From an uncultured virus (IMG/VR IMGVR_UViG_3300042549_004976) (lineage: Duplodnaviria > Heunggongvirae > Uroviricota > Caudoviricetes): 64,000 nt of DNA. The DNA lies in IMG/VR virus record IMGVR_UViG_3300042549_004976, one strand, 5' to 3'. The position numbers were made by a program, and so were the translations under genes. Positions 20,501 through 31,000 of this stretch are shown here, piece after piece. The notes under the pieces were generated by a model. That model saw only the letters and a list, made by a program, of their open reading frames with translations. It had not been told where the DNA came from and did not search any database. Position 1 is the first letter of the stretch. Each line of letters opens with the position of its first letter.

Positions 20501-22444
20501 AAGATTAATCCGTCCAACACGGTTAATTGGCTTGGGTTTATGAAATTGTCTACTTCGGTTGAACCATTCTATGACACAGGATATCGTCCTGCTGTTAAGA
20601 CCAATGCACTTTCAGAAAATGACAATTGGATTTCATCTGATGCAAACAACAAGCGTGGCTTTGGTACGCAGTGGAATGAATGGGAAAGCATATGGACAGG
20701 CATAGATCAGGTTGAAGAAGAACAAGACGATATACAGAAGCGTATTGTTGAACTTCCCCATGTGGCATCCACATCTGCAATTCCATCGGTTAACTCTGGC
20801 AGCATTCGAGTTGGTGTTTCTCGTAAGGTGCAGAGCATTGATCAGAAGAACAGCAATTTTATTAGTGCTCGTCAACTAAAGAACCGTATCAAGCATCGCA
20901 TTGGTTCACGGGTAATTGATCGTAGTGTGGTTCCTTATATTCCGCTTAATACGGTGACTGCAACGGTTGACGGCTTGAAACCCAATTCCACAAATCTTTC
21001 TCTGTATTTTGACGGAGAAGTAGTCAAGAGTGGTATTAGCACGGATACTTACGGCTCATGCACCGTATCTTTTGGAATTTCTGCTGGCACATTCTTGGCA
21101 GGACAACGAACTGTTCGTATTGCTGATTCTGCTGTTACGGCTAATGCCACCATTGCAGCGGAAGCAGTCTACTACTGCACGGGTCTGTTGGAGCAACGCG
21201 ATTCTGGTTCGTACTCTACTCGTCCACCTGAACTGCGCCGTCAAACTGCTGCAAGCGAAAGCATTGCAAAGGATCCATTCAATCGAGACATTGATTCTGT
21301 TGAGAACAACCATTGGAGCGATCCTGTATCACAAACATTCTTGGTTGATAAGAAAGCAAACCCTGATGGCATATTCCTTAGTAGCGCAGACCTTTATTTT
21401 GCTGCAAAGGATTCCACATTACCAGTAACGGTTCAGATTCGTCCAACGGTTTCTGGATATCCATCCCCTTCTGTGGTAATGCCTTTCAGCACAGTGGTGA
21501 AAAACTCAGCAGAGGTAATGGCTAATTCTGCATCACCAACAGCAACAACTTTCACCTTTAGCAGTCCTGTGTATCTTGAACCAGGTGAATACGCTATCTG
21601 TATTTTGGCAAACAGCGATAAATACGAATTGTTTGCTGCTGAGAGTGCAATTAATACCATCAACAATAATTCGGCTGTTGCGGGTCGCGCAGGAAACAAT
21701 CAGTTGGTTGGAACCTTGTTTACACCACAAGGAATTGGTTCAACAGTACAAAACAACACCACAGATCTTATGTTCACCTTGAATCAGTGTTCGTTTGTTT
21801 CAACTGGTAATATTAAATACAGTGGAATCAGTAATTGCACCAATGCTCAAATTTTAAAGTTCTACGCTCCAGAAATTGTTCCAAGTAGTTGCACCATTTC
21901 CCGCACTGTTAATGGTGAAAACTTCTTGAACAACGAATCTGTATATTTGAAGACTATTATTTCAAGTAATCCAGATCTGCAATACTCCCTAACAAGAGGA
22001 GCAAACACATCAGTGTCTCCTGTGATTGATGTTTCTGCGCTGTTCGCTGCTAGTGTTACCATGTACGCCACTAGTAGCACTCCAACATCTAAATATGTTT
22101 CGCGAGTAGTGGAGTTGCCACAATCCACGGCATCAAACGGAATTGCTGTGTTTGTGGACGCAAATATTCCAACAGGATCTGCTATTGCGGTGAATTACCG
22201 ATACTGCCTGAGTGGGGAAACCGATATATTCTCCAAGGGATTCCTGCCCATGCCACAAATCAGTCCTTCATTTACTAGTAATTCGGAAATTGATTTCCGA
22301 GAAGCCGCGTTCCGTGTTGCTGTGCCTTCAGGAGCATTTACCTCGTATCAGATACAGGTTGTAATGACTTCTGCGGCACCAAACTCTACATATTTCAAAA
22401 CACCTGCTGCACGAAACATCCGTACAGTGAGTTTCATTCAATAA
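17528..22444 (+). CDS. Large virion structural protein (DUF4815/VrlC-like)
   Basis: NISPYYDDF....FLRVLFKPG.ALQARE.TQLQSILQ, APGADRYK, RTYDESG.Y.V.PF, RFTMADIG and DPVSQTF motifs; usual position after gp8. Confidence 0.85.
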   Translation: MAYDPSIFNISPYYDDFSADNGFLRVLFKPGYALQAREATQLQSILQDQLSRIGDHLFKDGSRIIGGGISVRNSSFLMVDAGVGTPLAGVTDYSTLVGGILTPTNTTDTTQATVVHYIAPDVNTDGYLILVVDFVSGTSFASTFNLTKDSFTVSGLSVISDSFGKGNCKLVTVSDGIFYVDGFFVRTETQQFTPYTAETGYRDLNFTTFSTLSKKIGFAIGRDNVTEQENSTLRDPAIGSYNYNAPGADRYKVTLSLAQAELSETPDDFVELLRFEGGKVTKKIERITYGEIQKALALRTYDESGSYTVRPFDLTVKGYSNTQLNMSVGEGKAYVLGYDVENQHPVTVPFSKSRTVQPESNIIFPFSTGNFIGVCMGNTASGFGETFATNLTTVSSGSALVQFRNAANTATVATGYVHGAIPTPQQSGLGGFAGNHYRLYVYGLSGSVSSGTTGFIYSNTTGFTIGSFTPQIALGFSASGTDNSSLVYELQPGYAVDQISFLSVPCRLMGGAGTAVAITPSPNTPTTNQTSYTITKAHFQDTISTGNSSVFNFPATPPAASQISFVGNSPTAFTPSSGTITAYSQSSMTVVASNVPTGFASSQLRAMVPVVYTPTISDNTTYRTKTSTTTTVNFTSNLSTSEGGRKYFTIPNRDVYAVASVVNQTSAAIDYTDDFELDNGQRETHYENSRLYIKDSAASKPVYTSSLTNADLRVTYSYFVHGGLAAAPFIGKHSYLASDGSAFPYAQIPLYTNPRTGKTVSLANCLDFRHSGLTSDTPMLKPYGATDVVVPSFTTASYNHYLPRIDKLCVKADSEDGSALFFFVEGTPDLSPSAPPDPADALVLATVTVPAYTHNASDVVVTPVDTKRFTMADIGKIQKRVDEVEVFAKLSLSESEIEARSLRGTFTATEPLKTSIFSDEFYGHSISDVTDYSNSCSIDFERGELRPFFTTQEISINPPITNDTVVSPDGLVTLDYTTPAYIENKQYTKRIKINPSNTVNWLGFMKLSTSVEPFYDTGYRPAVKTNALSENDNWISSDANNKRGFGTQWNEWESIWTGIDQVEEEQDDIQKRIVELPHVASTSAIPSVNSGSIRVGVSRKVQSIDQKNSNFISARQLKNRIKHRIGSRVIDRSVVPYIPLNTVTATVDGLKPNSTNLSLYFDGEVVKSGISTDTYGSCTVSFGISAGTFLAGQRTVRIADSAVTANATIAAEAVYYCTGLLEQRDSGSYSTRPPELRRQTAASESIAKDPFNRDIDSVENNHWSDPVSQTFLVDKKANPDGIFLSSADLYFAAKDSTLPVTVQIRPTVSGYPSPSVVMPFSTVVKNSAEVMANSASPTATTFTFSSPVYLEPGEYAICILANSDKYELFAAESAINTINNNSAVAGRAGNNQLVGTLFTPQGIGSTVQNNTTDLMFTLNQCSFVSTGNIKYSGISNCTNAQILKFYAPEIVPSSCTISRTVNGENFLNNESVYLKTIISSNPDLQYSLTRGANTSVSPVIDVSALFAASVTMYATSSTPTSKYVSRVVELPQSTASNGIAVFVDANIPTGSAIAVNYRYCLSGETDIFSKGFLPMPQISPSFTSNSEIDFREAAFRVAVPSGAFTSYQIQVVMTSAAPNSTYFKTPAARNIRTVSFIQ

Positions 22445-22639
22445 ATGAGTGGAGTAAGATACATCCGCGACAGTGCCACAGGTGCAGTACTACTGGCAGA
22501 TGCACAGACAATTGATGCTTTTAAGCAAAAAAAGACTTTAGCAGAAGATGTAGAAGCACTGAAAGCAGAGATAAATACTCTAAAGCAGCAAGTACAGCAA
22601 CTCATATCTGTATTAAACCACACACAGCAGAGCGAATAA
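22445..22639 (+). CDS. Small coiled-coil protein
   Basis: RDSATGAVL followed by heptad repeats; abuts both neighbours. Confidence 0.65.
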   Translation: MSGVRYIRDSATGAVLLADAQTIDAFKQKKTLAEDVEALKAEINTLKQQVQQLISVLNHTQQSE

Positions 22640-22643
22640 GCAA

Positions 22644-24608
22644 ATGGCAGCAAACACAGGACCAGATGTAAACACCTATCAGATCCCCGAAGTCGCACTT
22701 GGGGATACTTTTAACACATGGCGTGACATCACCAATACTGCCGTCTACAAAATAAATAAACTGAAGTTGTATGAAGGTATTAGTAGTGGAAGTATTTCAC
22801 TTACAACAAGCACGGGTGGAACTCTTTCTGTTGAACTGATTGAAACCATTACCACTGGTCACACTTTTACTGGTAATATTAACTTTGGTGGTGTAGTTAC
22901 CTTCAACGGTTCCACTGTGACCATGAACGCACAGACGGTTACCATTGATGATTACAATATTGTGCTTGGTGATCTTGCTGGCGCATCTGCCGCAGGAATT
23001 TCTGCTGCTGGCGGCGGTGGCTTGATCTTGAATCTTGGAAGCGGTGCAACAGCAGAGTGGCTCTGGCAAAATCTTGGAGTTCACGGTATCACAGGTGTGT
23101 GGCGTGCAAACACACACATTGGTTTTAGCGGAGCCACAAGCGGGTTGTACCCTGCTGACGGTGGAACCTTGCCTGTTCACGGTCTTGCCATTCGTCTTGA
23201 CGGTGGAGCAATCTCTGATCACGGGCTTAATATTAGTCTGACAAACACGGGTGGAGCAGCAGGAGCAACCACCAACCGAGCAATTGAATTTAGCCGCTAC
23301 TCCCCAACAGGCGCAACGGTTTTCATGGAAGTGCTGAACGGCACAACATACGGCGCACAGCCGTTTGTAAATATTCGAAATGGTGCAAACCGTAAGCGCG
23401 TGACACAGGTGGCTCACGGACTGTCTTTCGGTACTCCTGTGTATGTGAACGGCACTGGACTCTACATTGCAGCAGACTGCACTGATGTGGACAAGGCAGA
23501 GATTGTTGGTGTTGTGTCTACTCGTGTGGACGCAAACACATTTGAAGTCACCTTTATTGGTGAAGTATTTGGAGATTTTACAAATGCTCTACTCTCAGCA
23601 TCGTCCACGCTTGCAACAGGTGGAGTGTATTACCTGTCTACACTTCCTGGAAAACTTAATACAACACCATCAAAGGCATCGGGAACAGTTCATAAAGCAG
23701 TGTTTGTTGCCACAAGCAGTAAAAGCGCATTGGTGATTCCGTTTACTGGTGGTTTGTTGGTGGATGATACCACTGTTATTACTGCCACCACAGTTGGAAC
23801 ACAAGTCAATCAGTACAACAAATTTAAAATTGGAACTGCTGTTCGGTTTCTAGTTGGATCTCAGGGGCTTTCGTATGCGTATACAGGTGTTGCTGGCAAC
23901 ACATACGCAACATATGATACTGGAATTTATGTAAAGGCTCAGGCAAACGATCCAAGCGCAGCCGAAGTAATCGGAATTGTTACAGATATCAACGAGATAT
24001 TAGTGGGAGCGGGATCAACACCCACAGGAGTGAACTCTAAGTTCACTATGGCTACTAATGGATACTTTTCTTCTGTTAGCGGAGTCTCTGCAACCAATTC
24101 AGGAACTCCAGGAAATATGGTTGCTGGTGTTCAGTACTTCTTGAATAAGGATTGTGCTGGAACAGGAGGAGTTCCTTTTACCGCACTAGACGACAACCCC
24201 GCTCCTTCGTTCACGGATACACCACCAACAGAAATTGGATATGTTCGAAAGCCACTTGTATTTTCTGTTAGTACTATTGGAGCACAAATTCTCTCATATC
24301 GTGGTGATGTAAACAATGCAGGACAGTCTTCGTTTACAGGATACACAGGCTCGTTGGCTGCATACGCTGATCTTCCTACAGGCAGTATTGTTATGGGTAC
24401 AACAGGCTCAACGCTATCCCCAAATGTGGGAGTCACCCTGTACTACCACAATAGCGGTGGGTTGAGTGGCGAGTACGGAATATATCTTGGTGCAAGCACT
24501 ACAGGTATCACAATGAACGGAACATGGAAAACCCGTGGTCGTGCGCTTGATCGCGCAATCGCTGGGGGTCTAACAACTGCTTATCATCTCTGTCAGAGAA
24601 TTTCTTAA
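22644..24608 (+). CDS. Tail fibre / baseplate-attached fibre protein
   Basis: N-terminal GDTFNTWRDITN fibre-anchor motif; G/T/A-rich; repeated KAQAN...AEVIGIV modules. Confidence 0.7.
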   Translation: MAANTGPDVNTYQIPEVALGDTFNTWRDITNTAVYKINKLKLYEGISSGSISLTTSTGGTLSVELIETITTGHTFTGNINFGGVVTFNGSTVTMNAQTVTIDDYNIVLGDLAGASAAGISAAGGGGLILNLGSGATAEWLWQNLGVHGITGVWRANTHIGFSGATSGLYPADGGTLPVHGLAIRLDGGAISDHGLNISLTNTGGAAGATTNRAIEFSRYSPTGATVFMEVLNGTTYGAQPFVNIRNGANRKRVTQVAHGLSFGTPVYVNGTGLYIAADCTDVDKAEIVGVVSTRVDANTFEVTFIGEVFGDFTNALLSASSTLATGGVYYLSTLPGKLNTTPSKASGTVHKAVFVATSSKSALVIPFTGGLLVDDTTVITATTVGTQVNQYNKFKIGTAVRFLVGSQGLSYAYTGVAGNTYATYDTGIYVKAQANDPSAAEVIGIVTDINEILVGAGSTPTGVNSKFTMATNGYFSSVSGVSATNSGTPGNMVAGVQYFLNKDCAGTGGVPFTALDDNPAPSFTDTPPTEIGYVRKPLVFSVSTIGAQILSYRGDVNNAGQSSFTGYTGSLAAYADLPTGSIVMGTTGSTLSPNVGVTLYYHNSGGLSGEYGIYLGASTTGITMNGTWKTRGRALDRAIAGGLTTAYHLCQRIS

Positions 24609-24620
24609 AGGCAATACCAA

Positions 24621-27600
24621 ATGGGATCATCACTAAACCTAAAAGGCGGAAGCAGTACTCCAAAAAGCATTGTGGAAACTTTTTCACAAGCAAATACTTT
24701 TGTAGAAGGAGATGTTCTTCGTTATGATACGGCTACCTCCACATGGGTAAAGGCACAAGCCGATAGTGCTGAAAATTCAGAAGTTGCTGGAGTAGTTTCT
24801 GGTTCTAGCACAACATCATTTGATGTTACTTACTCAGGATACATTAGTGTTCCTGCTCTTGCTGGTATTTCTGCTCCTGTTCTGTTCTTGGATTCCACTA
24901 CTGCGGGTGGATTGACTGCTTCTCCTCCGAGTGCTATTGGAACAGTTGTGAAGCCTGTGATGACCAAAACTACAAATGGTACAGGGTATATTGTTACCAA
25001 TTATCTTGGCACACAGATCGGCGGTTCGTCCACTGTTGCCATTGACGAGATTCAGCCTGTGGGCACGGTGGTTCCGTTTGCGGGTTCAACCATTCCTGAT
25101 TCGTGGTTGGAGTGCAACGGTAATTCGTATGCGGTGGGTGCGTATCCGTATCTGTACTCAAAGTTGCAGTACAGCAGCGGTGATCGTGTTCCGTTGTATG
25201 GTCATGTTGCTGTGTTGACTTCCTCAACTACACCTAACGCATCATACATTGGTTCATCTGTTTTGCAGGGCAGTTCTACAACCGAAGTTCGTGCAAAGAT
25301 AATTGCGACTACCACAACATCTTACATTGTTCAGACCGTTCCTGTTTATAGTTCTTCTAATAAAAACTTTGTTGTAAACAATACTGTATTTGCTGCTGGT
25401 AATAATATTTTTATATTTGAAGGATCAGGTGATGGCACGGGCTTGTCGATCACCGCAGTGGCTATCACTCACTTTAATACTCCAGACCTGCGTGGGCGAG
25501 TTGCTCTTGGTGTAAACACAGGAGCAATCCTTGATACTGATGGTGAGTTCCCTACGAATACAATAAATTCTGCCATCTCTGGCATCTATTCGCTTGGATC
25601 TGCGGGTGGACAAGAATCCACTGTTGCGAATACAGGTGTTGGTGCGGGAAGTGCTGCATTTGTAACTTCGGCAACTATTGGTGGATTGCTTCCCAATCTG
25701 CCCCCTTACACCGTGGTGCGGTATATCATTAAAGCCTCGCCGTACACACGCGCTGCAATCATTGACGGCATCGACATTCCGTACACCAGTCTGCTTGTGG
25801 GCGATCTGCGGGACGGCACACTGCGTCCAGGTGGCAGCGGCGAACCATTGGTGTTCAAGACCAATGACGGTAGCAGTGGTGTAGAGCGGATGCGGTTGAC
25901 CAATGCAGGAAGTTTAGGTATCGGAACAACTACTCCACAGTATAAGTTTGTTGTGTCTAATAGTGGTGCCGAGGGATTTGAATTTATTCCTGCAAATACT
26001 TTAAATGAGAATATTATTCAATCATACAATCGAAGTGGGGGAGTATTCAATACTCTTGATTTCCGAGCATCTAATTACAAAATTCGCGCATCGAATACAG
26101 AAGTAATCTCCATTGACAGTGCTGGTCAAGTGAACATTGCTGCCGCTTCAGATTCCACATCCCTATCCACAGGTGGACTCACTCTTGGTGGTGGTGCGGG
26201 AATTGCTAAAAACCTTACCGTTGGTGGTGGAATTTCTGCTGCTGGTGGTATTACCTTTAGCGGGTTAACACGAGTAACGAATGGAACCTCATCCACTACT
26301 ACAGGTATTGGTGCTCTTACTGTGGCGGGTGGTGTAGGAATTGGTAAAAATCTTATTGTTGGTGAAGGGATTTCTGCTGCTGGCGGTATTACCTTTAGTG
26401 GTATAACACGAATAACGAATGCTACCTCTGCTACTTCCACTAGTGCTGCTGCTCTTACTGTGGCGGGTGGTCTTGGTGTTAGTGGTGGGCTGTATGTGGG
26501 AGGCATTACTACTGCGGGTGGCATCTCTATGGGTGGTGCGCTTACCGTTGGTGGGGGAATCACTGCGGCTAGACTTGATTTGGGAACGGGAGTAATGAAA
26601 AGTGGAAGTATTACCACTGGATCATTTCAGGCTGATAGCCTGAGTGCCGTTGTCGCCACCCAATCCAATAGCACGGGTAGTGGTGCGCTGATAGTGGCAG
26701 GTGGTGCAGGAATTGGTCTTGCACTTAATGTTGGTGGAGGCATTACTGCGACTAGACTAGATTTGGGATCAGGAGCAATTAACACTACTGGTACTTTAAA
26801 CTGTGGCGATATTGTAAGCAGTGGAACATTTTCTGCTACTAGTCTGAACGCCACTTCTGTATCAGTATCCACCAATACTGGTTCGGGTGCTCTAGTAGTG
26901 TTAGGTGGTGTAGGAATTGGTAAAAATCTTATTGTTGGTGAAGGGATTTCTGCTGCTGGCGGTATTACCTTTAGTGGTATAACACGAATAACGAATGCTA
27001 CCTCTGCTACTTCCACTAGTGCTGCTGCTCTTACTGTGGCGGGTGGTCTTGGTGTTAGTGGTGGGCTGTATGTGGGAGGCATTACTACTGCGGGTGGCAT
27101 CTCTATGGGTGGTGCGCTTACCGTTGGTGGTGTAACAAATATAACCAACGGGACTTCATCCAGCACTACGGCTACAGGTGCGCTCGTAGTGTCAGGTGGT
27201 GTAGGAATTGCTAAAAATCTCTATGTGGGTGACGGAATTTCTGCTGCTGGCGGTATTACCTTTAGTGGTATAACACGAGTAACGAATGCTACCTCTGCCA
27301 CTTCCACCACTGTTGCTGCTCTCACAGTAGAGGGTGGCGTAGGAATTAAGGGTGCCCTCTATGTGGGTGGTATTACTACTGCGGGTGGAATCTCTATGGG
27401 TGGTGCTCTTAGGGTTGGCGGCGGACTTGGTGTTACGGGTGGTGGTAGTACCTTTGATGGGTCGGTATTAATAAGAAATTCCACCGCATCCGATGACATA
27501 CTTTCAGGTGCGCTTCAAGTAAGGGGTGGTGTGGGAATTGCTGGTGATTTGTCCGTGCACGCAATTAGAGTGACGGGTAATGGTGAGACTGGGAGAGGAA

Positions 27601-27962
27601 TCAGTTTTGGTGCGTGCTCGATGAACATTCCTATTGGAGCCGCACCCATGTTTGCTGCACGAGCGTGGGCGATTGCACTTTGCACTAGCACTACTTCGAA
27701 CACGGTATCATTGGTTGGTTCTGGGAATATGAGCACTGTAACTATGGATGTCGGCAAACAGTTCCACTTTACTTTTGCCACACAAATGCCTGATGCAAAT
27801 TATGCCATAAGCGCAATGGGTGGTGCTTTTGGAGTAAGCGATGGTTATGTGTATAATGTTTCTGCTCAAAGTGCCACTGGATTTAGTTTGTTAATTGGTG
27901 GAAAAGGATCCTTTGGCGATCCGCCAGCCCCAATAAGAGTTTATGTGGTTGTTTTCCGATAA
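24621..27962 (+). CDS. Tail fibre protein with tail-collar domain and glycine-rich repeats
   Basis: PVGTVVPFAGSTIPDSWLECNG...PDLRGRVALG...NLPPYTVVRYIIKA collar motifs; ERMRLT..G.LGIGT..P; many GALxVxGGVGIxKNL repeats; C-terminal ARAW...F.T.MPDANYAI domain. Confidence 0.85.
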   Translation: MGSSLNLKGGSSTPKSIVETFSQANTFVEGDVLRYDTATSTWVKAQADSAENSEVAGVVSGSSTTSFDVTYSGYISVPALAGISAPVLFLDSTTAGGLTASPPSAIGTVVKPVMTKTTNGTGYIVTNYLGTQIGGSSTVAIDEIQPVGTVVPFAGSTIPDSWLECNGNSYAVGAYPYLYSKLQYSSGDRVPLYGHVAVLTSSTTPNASYIGSSVLQGSSTTEVRAKIIATTTTSYIVQTVPVYSSSNKNFVVNNTVFAAGNNIFIFEGSGDGTGLSITAVAITHFNTPDLRGRVALGVNTGAILDTDGEFPTNTINSAISGIYSLGSAGGQESTVANTGVGAGSAAFVTSATIGGLLPNLPPYTVVRYIIKASPYTRAAIIDGIDIPYTSLLVGDLRDGTLRPGGSGEPLVFKTNDGSSGVERMRLTNAGSLGIGTTTPQYKFVVSNSGAEGFEFIPANTLNENIIQSYNRSGGVFNTLDFRASNYKIRASNTEVISIDSAGQVNIAAASDSTSLSTGGLTLGGGAGIAKNLTVGGGISAAGGITFSGLTRVTNGTSSTTTGIGALTVAGGVGIGKNLIVGEGISAAGGITFSGITRITNATSATSTSAAALTVAGGLGVSGGLYVGGITTAGGISMGGALTVGGGITAARLDLGTGVMKSGSITTGSFQADSLSAVVATQSNSTGSGALIVAGGAGIGLALNVGGGITATRLDLGSGAINTTGTLNCGDIVSSGTFSATSLNATSVSVSTNTGSGALVVLGGVGIGKNLIVGEGISAAGGITFSGITRITNATSATSTSAAALTVAGGLGVSGGLYVGGITTAGGISMGGALTVGGVTNITNGTSSSTTATGALVVSGGVGIAKNLYVGDGISAAGGITFSGITRVTNATSATSTTVAALTVEGGVGIKGALYVGGITTAGGISMGGALRVGGGLGVTGGGSTFDGSVLIRNSTASDDILSGALQVRGGVGIAGDLSVHAIRVTGNGETGRGISFGACSMNIPIGAAPMFAARAWAIALCTSTTSNTVSLVGSGNMSTVTMDVGKQFHFTFATQMPDANYAISAMGGAFGVSDGYVYNVSAQSATGFSLLIGGKGSFGDPPAPIRVYVVVFR
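26328..27130 (+). repeat. 227-bp exact direct repeat (26328-26554 and 26904-27130) in the tail-fibre gene
   Basis: The two copies read identical by eye, 576 nt apart (in frame). Diverged copies lie at ~26190-26327 and ~27195-27420. Confidence 0.9.
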
Positions 27963-27970
27963 AGTGGAAG

Positions 27971-27978
27971 CATAAATA
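27971..27978 (+). promoter_or_regulatory. T4-type late promoter (CATAAATA)
   Basis: Intergenic, ~30 nt upstream of ATG 28007. Confidence 0.6.
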
Positions 27979-28006
27979 GCAGTAGACTCACACACAGGAA
28001 CCCTAA

Positions 28007-31000
28007 ATGGCACAATCAGCACTTCCGTATCCAAGTAACCCATCACTAGAGCAGTTAAAGGTGCTTGCCACCGATTCGGTGATCTACTTAGCACCAAGCG
28101 GCAGCGACGGCACAGGAGACGGCAGTCTAGCAAAGCCGTATCTCACTCTGCAAAAGTGTATGGATGTTGCTCGTACTTATACGATTGTGGGAAGTACCAC
28201 TCTGTACATCCGCTTTCTGCGGGGTGAATACACAATTACTCAAAATGTAGACCTGTACCACCCACAGGGCGGAAACCTTATTATTGAGGGTGACCCTGCT
28301 GCGTTTCAGCAGAGATGTGTTTGGCAAGTAGAAAACTACACTTGGAATCTTGAGAACTTTGCTGGTGGTGGACACACAGGCAGCATTCGCCTGTTTGACG
28401 GTGTGACTTCTAATACTAATGGTTGCACCATGCACGGATTCACTGGTCAAGACCAGGGAATGTATTTTTCGATTACTAACGCACACACTGGTTCTCGAAA
28501 TGGATATGTTAGTGGTGCTGGTCTAGGAATAAACGGCAACAATCCTGACAATCAAGGACCTGGTTACAGTACGGTGTTTGCAGGTGATAGATTTTTCAAT
28601 CACGGATATTCGTTTGAAGATGCAGAAGGAATTTTGGGAATTGGTAGAATTCTCGGAGCCACCACAAGCAATACCAAACTAGATGTACAATTTCAGAATC
28701 TCAACATAGACACACGGTGTCCTGGATTAACATTTGGTGCAGGAAATGCAGGAATAAATAACACCATTGCATGGGGTGGTATTAATAGTAATTATCCTGA
28801 ACCACAGTACTCGCAGCCAAACGGATACTACGGATGGGCAGGAACGGCTCCGTGGAAGAATGATGCTGGTACTGTAACATACCCATCAAATCCTGGTGTT
28901 TCACACAACACAGTCGATCCGTATATACTGTCCACCTACCCTGTTGTTATTCGTAGTAGTTACAACAGCAATACGGGATCTTTGTTTTTGAAAAATGGAA
29001 CACTGAAAGCCCTACGCAATATTTTCTTTGCAAACAATCAAGAACCATTTGTTAGTAGTAATGGTTCCACTGGTGCCACCTTGAATTTTTCTCAGGGTAT
29101 TTCTACTGTTCTTACTAATAGTGTTAGTAGAATTTCTGGAGTAGCGGGTACTGGATTGTATCTTGAAAATGCGAATATGGGAATTCGTCATTTAGGATTC
29201 TATGGAATAGGAAATGCACTCTCGCTATACAACAGCAAAGTGTATTCGTACTTTGATAAAAGCGGTAATACGGGCACCAATAGTGGCGTTAATAGTGTAT
29301 ACGGAACAACTAATTATGCTGTACAAAATACACTTGATAATGCTCCCGTTATCTGCACAACTCAAGTAAATCAGGGAATCGTAGCAAGTAATTCGGTTAT
29401 AGATTTTACTACTGGTTCTGCACTAAATCGACAAAATGGTATTGATTACAGAATGCACACCTCTCATATTTCTGCATCACAACAGGGCATATACCTTCAG
29501 TCCACGCAGATGACTGCCACTTCGCTTGCAATTAATACTACTGCGGACGCGCCCAAGGTCTACAGTGAGATTGTGCTTCCTATATTTCCTGGTATGGATA
29601 CTGTTGCAGGAGTCACTGCACACCTACCTGCATACGCCACACTGTGGCAAACATATCCTGTTGCCAAAATGTTTATGCAACCAGCAGGTGGAAGCGAAGT
29701 AGAAATTGCATATATTAATTGGACTATTAATGGAGGAGTGTCAACATCCACAACCATAGCAGGAAGTACCTCTGGTGCCACATTAGTAGGAACTAATCAG
29801 GCATCGGCATACAATAGGTATTACATCTACGGAATAAAAACTGCACCACACGGATTGAGTTATATGACAACTCAGGATATTCAGTTGGGAATCACAGCAG
29901 GAAGTGGTGGAACCTTTACCATGCGATTCTACAAGGATAGAAATCTATCTGGAGTATCCGCATCGTTTACTATTGGTAAAAATAGTGTTCTGCTTACAGG
30001 TGCAAACGGACAAACTATTGGTTATATTGGTATGGGTGGAGCATCTGCTGCTCCGTATATGCTTGTTTCACGGTCATTCGGTGGAAGCAACAATGATACT
30101 TACGGAAATTATTCAACGGGTTCCATAAAGGTTCATGACGGATCTTCTGCAATCATACAAAAATCTTTGGTTATCTGTAATGGTGGATACTCTCCTGTTG
30201 ATGTGCGCCGAAATTCTTCTTTGCTTGTTGGAGATTCCAGAGTAGGAACGGTGTTTACTCCTGGCTATGCGGATCTTTACTACGGTGCATCAGAGCGTGG
30301 TAATTCTGAAATTACTCCAGTTTACGGAAATCTTTCCATAACAGGATTCAACGGAAAAGCCATTCGTGTATCCGAGAACAGTAGTGCCACAATAGGATCT
30401 TTGTTTGCAAAGCATCCGCTTTATGCAGACGGATCTGTGGGTCTTCCTTCTTCGGCTACTCCCGTAGTGTTGGTGGATAAAGTGTCCTCTGCTTCTTTTG
30501 GTAGAGTGTATTCAGTTACTCATCCCGCAGGAAAATTGGTTTCCGATGCTAATATAACTCCATTGTGGACTACAATTACTGGAACAAAATACGGTTCGCA
30601 TTATCAACCAATTCCTGAATCTATGATGCGTGCTGAATCAGGAAGTCGTATTTTCTTGGCAGGACTCAGTGGGGGATCCATGTTTGCATTCGATGGTGGA
30701 ACCGCTGATATGAGATTTACTACGCGTGAATACGCTGTGTTTGAAGCAGGATCTGTATCAGTTATTATTTCTGAGGGATCTTTGGCATATAATTCTCTTT
30801 CTCAACCTTCCGAGTCCGAGACTAGAACTGTAGTGGATACTCGTAATAATACAACATTCCCACAAAAAATTATGACACGATCTCCATCTAGTACTAGTAA
30901 TAGATATTTGTATGGGGCACCCACTACAAGAACCTGGCTAGGTGATCAAAGCGGAGATCAACACAATTATGTTCGAGCAGTAACTAATTTAGGCTTGCAT

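Noticed and set aside
26126..27166. Minus-strand Pro-rich ORFs of 163 and 179 aa
   Set aside because: Antisense shadows of the Gly-rich fibre repeats.
26328..27420. Diversity-generating retroelement TR/VR pair or CRISPR array
   Set aside because: Two copies are identical, differences in the third are not adenine-specific, the repeats are long and coding, and no reverse transcriptase or cas gene is in the window.
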